DNA of 64,000 nt from Eledone cirrhosa (GCA_964016885.1 OZ024751.1:38998001-39062000), one strand, 5' to 3'. Positions 1 to 16,039 are shown, numbered from the stretch's first letter. Notes: generated by a model from the letters alone, not told the origin. Program-made: numbers and translations.

Positions 1-12
1 GATAAAAATAAT

Positions 13-180
13 AGCTTCTAACTTAGAAACAAGGCCAGCATTTTGAGAAATTCTGATTATATTGATTCCAGTACCTTCCTTTATTAAGCCCGGAATGATG
101 AAAATAAAGTTCACCTTTGTTGGATTTGAACTTAAATTGAACGTAAATTGCCGTAACTATATATCACAAAGAAGTTTGCT
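13..180 (-). mobile_element. Degenerate copy of the same SINE family
   Basis: ACAAGGCCAGCA...CCAGTAC...GATGAAAATAAAGTT...GGATTTGAACT, colinear with the 2011 copy. Confidence 0.55.
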
Positions 181-332
181 GAATGCTCTAACGAACATGA
201 ATTCAAGGCTTTGTGTATGTGTGTGTATGCGCGTGTGTATGATTTAAGTAAACAATGCATTCGCTTGAGGATCGATTTCAAACTGATTAGAAGGGGATTG
301 ATATTTGGGCATTCTCTCCTATAAAATATATG

Positions 333-369
<37 letters not shown>

Positions 370-388
370 ATTTATGTGTATATATATA

Positions 389-481
<93 letters not shown>

Positions 482-897
482 ATATGAGTCTTCGAAAACA
501 AAATAAAACATTGAAAACAATTGCAACATCTTCTTGGGCGTCAGCTTTCATCAGCAACCAAATACTACTTATTTAATTTTCTAGTAGACGAAAAAGAGTT
601 TGAAATTTCCCCGAATGTATTGTTGTGTTTTAGAAGACAATAGCACGAGTTTTTGACAGATTGTTGGCGTTATAAATCTGCTTAAGTCCTCTGGGAGTTA
701 TAGACACAATGGTAGCTTTTATCTTGGATGAACATATTGCTATTTTGGAAGAAACATGAAAGTCGCCAAGAAACCTTTTGTGATTTCAGAATATAAAAAA
801 AAATTACCTTGCCAGTTCTGACTGTCTATCTGTCTATGTCTATATTTTCTTTCCCTCTCTATCTCGCACACACACACACACATACACACACACACAC

Positions 898-949
<52 letters not shown>

Positions 950-974
950 ATATGTATATATGTATGTACATCTA

Positions 975-1042
<68 letters not shown>

Positions 1043-1059
1043 AATATATATATATATAC

Positions 1060-1101
<42 letters not shown>

Positions 1102-2010
1102 GGGTGGGGGGATATGTGTGTGTGTATTTATCTATAACCTTATATATTTCCGTGCGTGTGTGTGTGTGTGTCTGTGTGTGTCTGTGCCTGCGCGTGTATG
1201 TTTCGTCTCAGGGGCAATGTAACAATTTTAAAATGTTATGTTTAGAGATTTTGGCCAGAAAACTCAGCACATTACCTAAAATAAAATAAAATATATTTCT
1301 AAAGATGAAACATTATATATAAATTAATGGCGTCACCAACATGTATGTGCGTGCCCTTTCTGAAAAATTTATAAAAATTCAGTATTTACGTATATTTTCA
1401 TATTTGTAGTTATATGTTCAAACTCCATTATACTCGTCGTTTAAACTTCTTTACTGCTTTCTTTCATTGAACGTCATCCATGCTGGAGCAACATGCTTAA
1501 TGATTTTATACAATCATATTAACCCAGATACTTATTTCTGTTTCATACCTATTTTAACGATCTCAAATTGTCGACTGTTGAGGAAACATTAACGCATAAG
1601 AGATAGTTGTAGTATGTTTGAAGCATTGGGCTTTGTGTATAAGAAGGTATGTAATTCGAAAGCTGCGACAATGCGAAAGGTGTGGTACGATTTAAGATAA
1701 AAGAAGGTAACAAAGCTGCTCTGTGTTACCTGTTCTTTATTTAAATACGACCTTAATTATTTAGATTGAATCTCCGAATCAGAAGTAACAAATTTAGGAA
1801 ATTAACATATATGAAATAATCACAATCGTTAATTTTGAAGTGCTACCAATTTCAATATGAGTATTTAAGTTTCCCTTATCGTAATTATTTCCAAACATAA
1901 ATGTACAAGTATAGATATATTTAGCAGTTTCTGGTGGAAAGTTTAATCTGAATTACAAAATCATTTTAAAAAGTTTTAAATTTTGTTTTTAGCACTGTTC
2001 TTCATGTCAT

Positions 2011-2198
2011 AATTGTTTCTACTTTAGGCACAAGGCCAGCAATTATTCAGTACATTACTGGTACTTTATTTTATCGACCCCGTAAGGATGAAAGGCAAAG
2101 TTAACCTCGGCGGGATTTGAACTCAGACTGTAAAGGGACATAACTATGCTAGAAAACATGGCGTCCAACCCTCTACCGATACTGCCAATTCACCGCCC
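2011..2198 (-). mobile_element. tRNA-derived SINE (Meta-domain-like family), full length, with 14-bp TSD
   Basis: Minus strand has Box A-like TGGCAGTATCGG, Box B-like GAGTTCAAATCC, then CCTTTCATCCTTACGGGGTCGATAAAATAAAGTACCAG (MetaSINE-like core). Direct repeat CTTCATGTCATAAT at 2000-2013 and 2198-2211. Confidence 0.85.
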
Positions 2199-2329
2199 TT
2201 CATGTCATAATATTCTAGAGTTTGACCACCTGAAATATCGCCGATAGTGGCGACAGAGTGAACCTTTGGCTGGTAAAATATAGGGAATTTCAAAGTTAGA
2301 GTAGCCTTCGGGGTAACCGCTCTCTCTCG

Positions 2330-2411
<82 letters not shown>

Positions 2412-2445
2412 CTCTGTGTATATATGTATATATATATATACATAA

Positions 2446-2490
<45 letters not shown>

Positions 2491-3028
2491 TATATATGTG
2501 TATATATATATGTGTATATATAGGAGTGTGTGTGCGTGTGTATATATATATATCTTGTGAGAAGCGAGTGATAAATGTATATGTGTAAGAATGTATGTAA
2601 GTGTAGAATCTGTTTATATATTTGTATATAGGGAATGAGAATGGCGTAGACGGGAGGGTAAAAATGTCTAAGATATGTGATGCATGTATAATTCTAAATG
2701 TCCACCCTCCCCTGAAATCCAAACTTACATGATTGATCAGATTCTTCATTATCATTCTATATACCTTAATATCTGGTTCGGCATATCTCAAAACGAGTAA
2801 AAAAAAAGGAAATCAAAGATATTTATTGAGTGCATCTCAATAAACAGTTTCCCCTATGACGAATGTGAAAGAACTTCTTCAATTTCCCATCAATTTTAAA
2901 TGAGAAAAATGTTCTGAGGTGAGGAACCGTTTGTTCGATATCCCAACGGGAGGCAGAGCTCCATCGAACGGAATACCATCTCTTTGTTTATGCTGTTTCT
3001 TTATTATTGTGTGCGAGTGAGTGTCTGC

Positions 3029-3118
<90 letters not shown>

Positions 3119-3221
3119 GTATGTATATGTATATATATATATACACATATACATATACAATATTTACAGATATACATGTATATACTTATATATATATATA
3201 ATATATATACACGTATATACT

Positions 3222-3252
<31 letters not shown>

Positions 3253-3307
3253 CCATAAATACATGAATACATACATACATACATACATACATACATACAT
3301 ACATACA

Positions 3308-3339
<32 letters not shown>

Positions 3340-3914
3340 CATATATCTATCTGTTCCATTCTAAGTTTCTTTGTAGGAAAAGCAAAACGAATCAACAAAC
3401 AAAAAAAAGAATGTTGTTCTGAACCAATTTTCAGCATGGTTCCATTGATTGAATTCTTATTCTTTTGTATCGAAGAGTATTTTCAACATTTTTCCCCCTT
3501 AGTTTATGCAACGTTGCAATATTTTTGAAGTAATAAAACTATTTCCTCTGTCCCATATAGAGAAATATACTGTTTTCGAACCACGAAGTTTAAAAGAAAA
3601 ACCTTTTGTGATTTTTTATCCTTTTATACTTTCATTCATATTTTTAACAAATATAAAACAACATCAGCATCAACAACGAATACACAAATGAAACAACCAC
3701 TACATATTTTTATATGTTTAAGTTAGTACACCCAGAAAAAACAACATCTCAAGGCGATGTTATCTTTTACTTTTGCTATTGGTTTTCTTTTTATATATTC
3801 ATATTCTCATTCATCCCGCCATTGACTCAATGAATAATAAAGATGGCGCTTCACACCACTTCCTGACTGACTGACTAAACTTTCTCTGATATTTCATTTA
3901 GGCTTACATACTGC

Positions 3915-3965
<51 letters not shown>

Positions 3966-3991
3966 TTTATATATATACATTTATATATATA

Positions 3992-4085
<94 letters not shown>

Positions 4086-4392
4086 TTATTTATTGTTTAT
4101 ATGTATTTCAAGAAAGAAATCATTTTATTAATGGCAAAAGCAGTGAAAAAAGATTTAGAGAAAAAAAAGAAAAATATGCCCCACATACCGTCGCCATAAT
4201 ATATTTGTGAATTTTTCAGGGTGATTTTCTTTTTTAGCATTGTCTACATATTTTTGGTTCGTTGTTGCTGTTATTGTACTTATTATTATTGTTATTGTTG
4301 TTGTTGTTGTTGTTATTACTGCTATCTGTGAATCTGTTGTTATTTTCAGAACAATATAATATACAATAGTTTAGAAAAATTCAGAAATAAGT

Positions 4393-4423
<31 letters not shown>

Positions 4424-4624
4424 TAAAGAGCGGAAAGTAAACTACGGTATTAGTTCCATTAAAGTTACGAGTTCAAATAGCACCAGGGATACTTTTTCGA
4501 TTTTTTCTGTCACTCAACCTTGTTTCTTTAAGAAAATCGAACTTTGCAAATAAAACGACGAAAGGGGGGAAAATATACAAATATTATGATGATATTGAAG
4601 ATGTTATTTGTCCTCCTAGTTGGT

Positions 4625-4630
4625 ATCATC

Positions 4631-4680
<50 letters not shown>

Positions 4681-4810
4681 ATGCGTCATCATCATCATCA
4701 TCATAATTACCATCATCATCATTATCATCATCATCATCATCATCATCATTATCATCATCATTATCATCATCATCACCATCATTATCATCATCATCATCGT
4801 CTTCGTCGTC

Positions 4811-4845
<35 letters not shown>

Positions 4846-4942
4846 AATTACCATCATCATCATTATCATCATCATCATCATCATCATCATTATCATCATC
4901 ATCATCACCATCATTATCATCATCATCATCGTCTTCGTCGTC

Positions 4943-4982
<40 letters not shown>

Positions 4983-5341
4983 GCATCATCACCGTCAGCA
5001 CCATCGACATCCCCATCATCACCATCATCATCATCACCGTCATCATCCTCATCCTCCTCGTGGTCGTCATCATCAATATCATCATCATCATCATCATCAA
5101 CATCATCATCATCATTCTCACACTCACCACCATCAACACAACCACCACCACCACCCTGACCACCGCTACCATCAAATGCCCCGACATCAGAACTCATCAC
5201 GGCACCATCTCTACCATAATAATTATCGTCACAGGCATCAAGTACTTTCTTCTTCTTCTTCTGCTTCTTCTTCTTCTTCTTCTTCTTCTTGGTACTGTTA
5301 CTCTTCATTGTTTTTTTTTTGTTTTTGCTAATAATCATTAA

Positions 5342-5391
<50 letters not shown>

Positions 5392-5400
5392 ATATTATCA
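4625..5400. repeat. Compound (CAT)n/(CTT)n trinucleotide repeat with a ~132-bp internal duplication
   Basis: Long CAT runs. CGTCTTCGTCGTCTT recurs at ~4798 and ~4930. Confidence 0.9.
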
Positions 5401-5804
5401 ACTTCACAACAACCACAACATATAGCTGTAAATTTTCAAGATTTTATTTCCACTGTTTTAGTATCTTGATGTGATATTTATTTTATTTATATATTTATAT
5501 ATTTATTTATATAGCTATTTATTTATAAATCTATTTATCTATTTTATTTATTTATTATATTGATTTCCGTTACCGCTGCACCACCGTTACAGCTGCAACT
5601 GCTACTACACTCTAAGTTTTCATGCTGCACATAATGGACGAAAACCAACCTCATGCATATATTTACAAGTTTACATCTTCAAATTACAATAAACCTCTCC
5701 ACCCTGGCCACCACCAAAAGTAAGCCAGTTATTCAACCATTGTCATACTCACGCACTACACACCACATCCAAGGAATCATCCTATATCTAACGCTTCAAG
5801 AATG

Positions 5805-5890
5805 TCCTGCAGCAACGCGCCTTTACGTTCTGAGTTCAAATCCTACCGAGGTTAGATTTGCCTTTCAAAAATACGGGGTCGATAAATAAA
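5805..5890 (+). mobile_element. Partial SINE (Meta-like family)
   Basis: CTTTACGTTCTGAGTTCAAATCCTACCGAGGTTAGATTTGCCTTTCA...GGGGTCGATAAATAAA. Confidence 0.75.
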
Positions 5891-6013
5891 CCACTATTGT
5901 TACACAACGTTCTGTAAGCTCACACTTATACACAACGCACACAAGCATACACACACACAAACACACACACATATACATACACACACACACAACCTTACAC
6001 ACATAATATACAT

Positions 6014-6055
<42 letters not shown>

Positions 6056-6057
<2 letters not shown>

Positions 6058-6241
6058 CTGTTTCTACTTTTGGCACAAGGCCAGCAATTACCCAGTACAT
6101 GACTGGTACTTTATTTTATCGACCCCCGTAAGGATGGAAGGCAAAGTTAACCTCGGCGGGATTTGAACTCAGAATGGAAAGGGCCGTAACTCTATGCGTC
6201 AGAGCATGGCGTCCGACTCTCTACTGATACTGCCAATCCAC

Positions 6242-6243
<2 letters not shown>
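6056..6243 (-). mobile_element. SINE (Meta-like family), near full length
   Basis: Colinear with 2011-2198. Confidence 0.85.
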
Positions 6244-6431
<188 letters not shown>

Positions 6432-6834
6432 TGTGTGCGTGTGTGTGTGTTTGTGTGTGTTTGTGTGTATGTGTGTCTATATATTTCGCTCACAGTTTTC
6501 ATCCTTTTTCACCAATTCCAGCTTTCACAACCGCTTGTATTCTGTTGGTTGGCCCGTTAACAATGGATAACTTGGAATTTGAACCTAAGATGCAAATGAG
6601 ACGTACAAAGTGTAATGAGTTATTCTGATGCCGAGACCTGTGTGACACTAACTCTAGACACACTGAGACAAGCACAAACACACCCACACATTGACATACA
6701 TGCATGCAGAGTTCATGCCTAACAGAAATTATTCGAGACGAATAGATTAACACTATCATTTAGAAGCCTGAGAGGTTGTATATATGTGTGAGTGTGTATG
6801 TGTATATGTTTGTCTGTGTGTGTGCGTATGTATT

Positions 6835-6914
<80 letters not shown>

Positions 6915-6919
6915 TATAC

Positions 6920-6974
<55 letters not shown>

Positions 6975-7054
6975 TAGTGAGAGAGAAAGAGTAAGACAGA
7001 GAGTGAGAGAGAGAGAAAGAGTGAGAGAGAGTCAGTGAATGAGTGAGAGAGAAA

Positions 7055-7137
<83 letters not shown>

Positions 7138-7574
7138 TAATAAAAGACAGAAAGCAATCCAGAAATTGGTGTTGCAATCGGATTGTTAATAATAAAAAGA
7201 CACTAACGACTAGACTAAACTAGACCAGACAACCCAGCTTACCTCACGTTTCCACCTTTAATACATTATGTTCTATCTACTGTCTCTATTTGGATTGATG
7301 CTGCTGCTCTATCTAACACACTAAGTAGTTTTTGACCGATCATTGCTATCTAAAATCAGTCATTTCTCTCCCCAAGCCAACAGAGAAACACAATTATTCA
7401 AGCATGATTATGCTCGCTTTGTCTATCAGAAAGAGGAATCCGGCCAATTCAGCGAGGCGAAACGACTTAGGAGTCCAATAAATATAGATAGTTTAGCCGA
7501 TAGTGAACAAGAGAGAGAGACAGACAGACAGTTAGAAAGTGAGAGAGAGCGCGAGAGAGAGAGAGAGAGAGAGC

Positions 7575-7626
<52 letters not shown>

Positions 7627-7834
7627 GAGAGAGAGAGAAAGAAAGATACAGAGAAAGAAAGAAAGAAAGAAAGAGAGAGACATGCAGAAAGAATAAGAGG
7701 CAGAAAGAGAGAGTAAAAGAGAGGGTGAGAGAGAGAAAGAGGGTATAGGATTTGAGGGTGTGATGTATATAGAGGTAAATAGCAAGGCAGCAGAACGAGA
7801 GAAGAGATGGGTTGATGGGGAAATGCTAGCGAAT

Positions 7835-8925
7835 ATATAGAGAGAGAGACTTAGGAGAGATAGATATATAGAGGGATTCTTAGGAGAGATAGATATATAG
7901 AGAGAGCGACTTAGGAGAGGTAGATATATAGAGGGAGACATAGGAGAGATAGATGTTAAGAGAGAGACATAGGAGAGATATATATAGAGTGAGAGACTTA
8001 GGAGAGATAGATATATAGAGGGATTCTTAGGAGAGATAGATATATAGAGAGAGCGACTTAGGAGAGGTAGATATATAGAGGGAGACATAGGAGAGATAGA
8101 TGTTAAGAGAGAGACATAGGAGAGATATATATAGAGTGAGAGACTTAGGAGAGATATATATAGAGAGGGAGACTTAGGAGAGATAGATATATAGAGGGAG
8201 ACTTAGGAGAGATAGATATATAGAGAGAGACTTAGGAGAGATAGATATATAGAGAGAGACTTAGGAGAGATAGATATATAGAGGGAGACTTAGGAGAGAT
8301 AGATATATAGAGAGAGACTTAGGAGAGATAGGTATATAGAGGGAGACTTAGGAGAGATAGATATATAGAGAGAGACTTAGGAGAGATAGGTATATAGAGA
8401 GAGACTTAGGAGAGATAGATATATAGAGAGAGACTTAGGAGAGATAGATATATAGAGAGAGACTTAGGAGAGATAGATATATAGAGAGAGACTTAGGAGA
8501 GATAGGTATATAGAGAGAGACTTAGGAGAGATAGATATATAGAGAGAGACTTAGGAGAGATAGATATATAGAGGGAGACTTAGGAGAGATAGATAGATAG
8601 AGGGAGACTTAGGAGATATATATATAGAGAGGGAGACTTAGGAGAAATAGATATATAGAGAGAGACTTAGGAGAGATAGATATATAGAGAGAGACTTAGG
8701 AGAGATAGATATATAGAGAGAGACTTAGGATATATATATATAGAGAGAGAGACTTAGGAGAGATAGATATATAGAGAGAGACTTAGGAGAGATAGGTATA
8801 TAGAGAGAGACTTAGGATATATATATATAGAGAGAGAGACTTAGGAGAGATAGATATATAGAGAGAGACTTAGGAGAGATAGATATATAGAGGGAGACTT
8901 AGGGGAGATAGATATATATAGAGAG
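7835..8925. repeat. ~29-bp minisatellite (GACTTAGGAGAGATAGATATATAGAGAGA) with a 147-bp higher-order duplication at the left end
   Basis: CTTAGG recurs every ~29 bp (e.g. 8231, 8260). GAGGGATTCT at 7871 and 8018. Confidence 0.92.
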
Positions 8926-9016
8926 AAAAATGATAGGTTATTTGTATTTGGTGAGGAGGATGTTAAATAGATTGATAGACATTATACATATACATATCTA
9001 TATATGTGTGTGTGTG

Positions 9017-9067
<51 letters not shown>

Positions 9068-9221
9068 AGAGAGAGAGAGCAAGAGAGAGAGAGCGAGAGA
9101 GAGGTGGATATGGAGAGAAAGGAATTGATTGATTGATATATAGAGAGGTTGCTTGATTGAAGAATGAATGTGTTAGAAGATAATTAGATAAATACACGCA
9201 GATACAGGGCTAGATAGGAAC

Positions 9222-9333
<112 letters not shown>

Positions 9334-9344
9334 CATATGTATAT

Positions 9345-9469
<125 letters not shown>

Positions 9470-9480
9470 TATATATATAC

Positions 9481-9604
<124 letters not shown>

Positions 9605-9614
9605 AGGTGTGTGG

Positions 9615-9662
<48 letters not shown>

Positions 9663-10001
9663 ATTCTTGACAGTGGTGCAACAGACACACGCATATATAT
9701 ATTTATATGTAAGATTGTTTGCGCGACAATGGCTGCCATTACACACGCGATCGAATAAGAGAGAAAAAAGAGAGAAATACATCGCAGATATAGAGATAGA
9801 CATATACTAATGGAAGAGGTTAAGTAACAGGTGAAGAGAAATATTACTAGTGAAGATTAGACGGTGAGAGAGAGACAAATGAGTTTGTTAAAGACCAAAC
9901 ATCCATAACAGCAACCATAGTCCAACACCACACACACACACACACACACACACATATGTATATATGTATATATATATATGTGTGCGTGTGTGTGTATATA
10001 T

Positions 10002-10076
<75 letters not shown>

Positions 10077-10117
10077 ACGAAGGAAGTGTGGTAAGGAACC
10101 AGATGGACCATACGGAA

Positions 10118-10216
10118 TAACCCCTTGAAAAGTTCGGCTATTTATTACCACGCTAAAAATTCTAATTTAGTCCAGGAATAGCCGTCGAAACGGCTTGAGC
10201 TCTGCCGTCGGGGTTA
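10118..10216 (+). ncRNA. Type I hammerhead ribozyme motif, U3-A8 core variant (family C)
   Basis: Stem I TAACCCC (10118-24)/GGGGTTA (10210-16). Core TTGAAAA (10125-31). Stem II CGGCTATT/AATAGCCG. GAAA 10187-90. Stem III CGGC/GCCG. GUC triplet, predicted cut after 10209. Confidence 0.8.
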
Positions 10217-10262
10217 AACATTTTCCTATATATATATATTTTTTTTTTCCTATATATATATA

Positions 10263-10278
10263 TACCACTTTTCCCTCG

Positions 10279-10320
<42 letters not shown>

Positions 10321-10375
10321 CGAGGGAAAAGTGGTAAGGAACCAGGTGGACCATAACGCACCAAAGTACTCAATA

Positions 10376-10378
<3 letters not shown>
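10263..10378. mobile_element. Family C 3'-tail fragments in inverted arrangement around (TA)n
   Basis: TACCACTTTTCCCTCGCTA-(TA)n-TAGCGAGGGAAAAGTGGTAAGGAACC. Similar to 10078-10113 and 36744-36805. Confidence 0.65.
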
Positions 10379-10415
<37 letters not shown>

Positions 10416-10824
10416 GATAGAGAGAGATAACCAGGTTGAGTGCAGAGAGAGCGGGAGAGAATATTTTGACAAAGGTACAAAAATAGATGAAAGGGAGATA
10501 AGTAAGTTTTGAAGAAAACCCTCACCAGAAATCAAATCTAGATGACTTGGGTGTAAGGGAAATAAAACAGTTTAAGTGACAAGTGTATACGTTTCGCTTG
10601 AGAACATCAAACAATGTTGGTGTCGGCCATTTTATTTATTTTTTCTTTGCCTTTCCTTGATAGTCAGCCATGTGACTAGTGAAAAACAAGCGTTGTGTCT
10701 CGAAAGCTGAAGATTTTTACGTGCGTACAACTAACAGACCCCTTCGCCTCCATTGCATGCCTGTCTGTTTCTTTTTCTCTCCTTCTCTAACCCGCTCTCT
10801 CTCTCTCTCTATCTCTCTCACTCG

Positions 10825-10883
<59 letters not shown>

Positions 10884-10919
10884 TCTGTTTCTGTATCTCT
10901 CTCTCCCTCTCCCTCTCTC

Positions 10920-10962
<43 letters not shown>

Positions 10963-11255
10963 TATATATGTGTGTGCCTCAAGGAGCAGAATTTATAGTC
11001 TCGTCGAATTTATATGGGTTGATATGTATGCATGATGGCACCGAAACTAACTAAATAATGATAATAATAATAATAACAATAATAACAATAATGACGATGA
11101 TAATGATTATGATGATGATGATATTACTTTCTTGGATATGTCTTTAATATGGTAAGGGTGTAAAGCTATAATATTTACGCACGAATCCACAGGACACTAA
11201 AAAATGTGCGTGTCTGTATGTATATATATATATATATATATGACTGTGTGCATGT

Positions 11256-11446
<191 letters not shown>

Positions 11447-11476
11447 TTGTTATACTTTGGGAGGGTCATGTTGCAA

Positions 11477-11533
<57 letters not shown>

Positions 11534-11538
11534 TATAA

Positions 11539-11743
<205 letters not shown>

Positions 11744-12072
11744 TATGTAGAAATATATATAAATACTATCACATGTAGGTACGTATATAGATAAATACAG
11801 ATATGCATACATATATTCTGTGTGCAATTCAATTTACAAGATAATCGGTCCAGGAGACGGCATATATTAAATAGTGGGACTCCATTTGATTGGCACAACA
11901 TTAGTTTGTAAAGCGAAGCATTGTGTATCACGTATGTGAGATAGATGGAAATTTGTTTATGAAAGAAAATGACTTTTGCCACCGTCACACGGCATTCACT
12001 ACTACAACTAACAACAGGGCCATTACCACCACCAAAATCACTTGGTGTCATATATATATATATGTGTGTGTG

Positions 12073-12135
<63 letters not shown>

Positions 12136-12138
<3 letters not shown>

Positions 12139-12192
12139 GGATCTAGCTGTCGAAACGGCTGGTGCTCAGCCGCCGTGTGTTGACTCTTTTCA
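12136..12192 (+). mobile_element. HHR family C fragment (cleavage triplet changed to GCC)
   Basis: GGATCTAGCTGTC-GAAA-CGGCTG..CAGCCG-CC...TGACTCTTTTC-(AT)n. Confidence 0.65.
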
Positions 12193-12227
12193 TATATATA
12201 TACAGATATATATATATATATATATAT

Positions 12228-12459
12228 AATAAAATATGTAGTTTTAGAAAGCCACAACAATGTAGATGGGAAATCTCGAGGTAGGAAGTGAGTGAGAAAT
12301 AGGAGAAAAGTGAAAATTGAGAGAAAACGAAAAAACGAAAACAAAACAAAGGTAGAAGGGTTACCGTAGTGGAGATTTAATCCCAATATTTCAAGATTAA
12401 ATCTCCACTACGGTATTTTACATATTTCACAATGCTTCAAGCAAACTTTAACACCCTCA
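12228..12459. mobile_element. (TA)n-flanked fold-back element related to 22418-23138
   Basis: 21-bp perfect hairpin TACCGTAGTGGAGATTTAATC/GATTAAATCTCCACTACGGTA (12362-12415). Tail CACAATGCTTCAAGCAAACTT is the reverse complement of ~22426-22446. Confidence 0.7.
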
Positions 12460-13765
12460 TATATATATATATATATATGTATATTTATATATGGCAAGTT
12501 CAATTATGATGAAATATTTGCTTCGAAATAATGACGTCTTGGGTGTCATCTTCAGAAGATAGGTTTCATGTTGAGAATGTGTCTTCTTTGACTATATTTT
12601 GAGGTGGACCCAAACTTTATGAAAAAAACTGCTTGGACGGAAGCTTTGGTTTTTATATTTCAACTGGATACCATATTCCACCACGTCATATGATGGACAT
12701 ATTCATAACAATATTTATTACATGTCTACACGTCCAAAGCTGATCTCGACTTCCACAAATAAGTCATCCATCTAATCTAATCTTAATATTCGTATTATAT
12801 TTTGGCTGAAGACACTCAATCGTATACATAACTATTGCTTTTCCACAGAGTACACCATTTGTGTCTAAAGGAGACGCAATGATTTAGATTTTAGCAAGGA
12901 ATTCATTAGAATCAGTCCCATTACTTGACTGGTCCTTTATGCCAAAAATCTGGCATCAATGTGTAACTAAGTCAAATTAGTAGAATTTGAACACGGAAAC
13001 GTTAAATAACTAAGTTAATATAACGCATAAAACTTTTCCATGATTATGCCGATTCTTGTAAACCAACAATGGATCATATATCTGTCCGATCAGGAAAAAA
13101 ACCTGATTCTAAAGGAAAACAATAAAACTAATACAAAAACAATTCTACTTGAGCTTAATTCTACTTCAGGGAAAGATCAGTTTTAAAATGTCTCTTGTTT
13201 GTAAGTTATGCATTTATGTAAATAGACACAGAAATATTCTTGTACGAACTGTATAAACCTAATAAACAAGCTTCGACCTCGGCCTCGCTCTCTCTCTCTT
13301 TCTCTCTCTCTCTCCCTCTCTTTCTCTCTCTCTCTCCTGATCTCTCTCTCTCTATATATATATATTTATATATATATACAGAGAGAGAGAATATATATAT
13401 ATATATACAGAGAGAGAGAATACATGTATATATATACAGAGAGAGAGAGAGAGAGAGATACATATCTGCATACGTTCATACAAAATAAGAAGTATTTCGT
13501 ATGTGCTTACATGCCATGCATATATGTATACAGAATTTACATAATTTATTTTAAATATTGCATATCACAAATATTTCTGGAATATCATTATGTATAAAAC
13601 AGTTGAATGCATATATACACTTTTAAAACGTTCTAGGTAGTTCTGCATTTGATATTGTTTCAGGAAACACGATGGGATTCACATCGGGAATAAATATAGA
13701 TCAGCTTTGAATTTCAAACTAACTATAGGATGTACAGAACTTATTTCGAAGATCGAAGCTGGTAC

Positions 13766-13940
13766 CAGGGCCGGCGCTAAGTTTAAGGCTAAATAGGTTT
13801 CGACATTTCATAGGAACAGTCGTAAACAATATTTGCAGTGGGGAGGATAAAGAAAAATATAGTATATAAAGATAATATGTGAATGTATAAAAATACCTAG
13901 ACCCACAGTTAGACTAAAATTTGTCCGATCGATGGCGCCT
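13766..13940. mobile_element. Possible degenerate hAT-like MITE
   Basis: Starts CAGGGCCGGCGCT and ends GATGGCGCCTG. Imperfect TIR only, no TSD confirmed. Confidence 0.3.
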
Positions 13941-14056
13941 GTAAATAAATATAATACCATCTATATATATGAATATATATGTGTATGCATGTGTATAAAT
14001 GGATATATATACATATATATATATGAATATATATGTGTATGCATGTGTATAAATGG

Positions 14057-14267
<211 letters not shown>

Positions 14268-14691
14268 TATATTTGTGTGTGTGTGGGGGGGGGGTGTATC
14301 ATTGTGAGTGAGTGTGTCTGTTTGTTAATCTATCATATATGATTGCTTAATCTGAGATTGAACAGCTAATGTTTGTTTACACTATAAACATAGGGGAACG
14401 TGCAAATAGAAGGAGAAACATATGAGAGATGGTTCCAACATAAGTTTTGTAACATTCCAAATAAGAGTTTACTTGTGTATATACACAGACACTAGCTCTT
14501 CTTCGGACAGACAAACACAGGTTCATCATTACCCACCCTACCCCGCATGCTTGTGTTTTATAAGTCAATATATATAGATATATATATATATATATAATAT
14601 ATAGATATATTTATGTATATGCGTATATATATACATATATATATATATATGCATATACGTATATATATATATATGTGTGTATATATATATA

Positions 14692-14734
<43 letters not shown>

Positions 14735-14797
14735 GTATATATATATGTATATATATATATTTATATATATATACAAACACATTCATATATATACATC

Positions 14798-14889
<92 letters not shown>

Positions 14890-15099
14890 GACTTGCGCAG
14901 GAGATAGAATTTGAAGTAAGAAACAATTGACTTGAGTCATCTGAAATATAATATCTTAGAATACATAAATCATACTATTTCATCACCAAATATCAGAAAC
15001 ATTGTATGAATCTTTTCATTTTATCTCTAATTTCTCACAGTATAAATAAATAGAAATTACTGCTATTCAATTATGTCCCCTAATATACCCGATACCCAC

Positions 15100-15440
15100 A
15101 TATACGTTTAATGAAACACCCACACAAACACATTTGCACTATAATCATCCCGAAAACTCTCACCGTTATGTACATTTAGGGTAACAAACCACCCCATCAC
15201 ATAGATACAGACTTTGTTCAAGCTTAAATATTAGAAAATCGCCTATAAGTAAGTACACATTCCATATTTGCACTTATTACCTAGTGGAAACATTTACCTA
15301 AATATTTAAAAACAAAAGCATATATTTTTTTCGAAGCCAGTCTACATATTAAAATAGAAATCTGGGTGTATAGACGTCTATAAAAATGTATATAATCATT
15401 TAGAGAAGACAGGAGAAAATATAAGTAGGAGTATGATAAC
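15100..15440 (+). mobile_element. Highly decayed Penelope-like RT-thumb/GIY-YIG fragment
   Basis: Broken frames give PT-T-LHY-HP-like and GV..C..EKTGENISR-like motifs in the order expected for a PLE ORF. Confidence 0.45.
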
Positions 15441-15559
15441 GGAAAATACTTATATAATCATATGCATGTATATTTTAGAGATACACCTACACCCACAGAG
15501 ACACACATACACACACTTGCATATATATATATATATGTGTATGTATACGTTTGCCGTAA

Positions 15560-15622
<63 letters not shown>

Positions 15623-15958
15623 CATATAAATATACATATGCATACATGTATGCTTATCTATTTACAAATTCGAAATTCAAGGCATTAAAACCTGAATTAT
15701 TATGATAAATATTCAAATATTCAAAACATCAAAGAGAAATTGTTTTCGATAACAATGACAGCGAGACATCTATCTAGAGTCTGAACCATTGACGCGATTT
15801 TGTAAATATCTAACAAGCATTTTTTCGTGAATACCCAAATTGTCTCTCCTCCTAGAGCTTCACTCTAAATATGATTTAAGACAACATAAATACGTAAACG
15901 AAACATCCACGTACTTGTAGAAAATACACACATATACGTATGTGTTAGTGTGTGAGTG

Positions 15959-16039
<81 letters not shown>

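Noticed and set aside
4528-5416. Long poly-His, poly-Asp, poly-Met and poly-Ile ORFs
   Set aside because: All come from the (CAT)n tract, open in several frames on both strands, with no splice or domain support.
7835-8925. Interstitial telomere
   Set aside because: There is a single TTAGG per 29-bp unit, not tandem, and the expected molluscan telomere repeat is TTAGGG.
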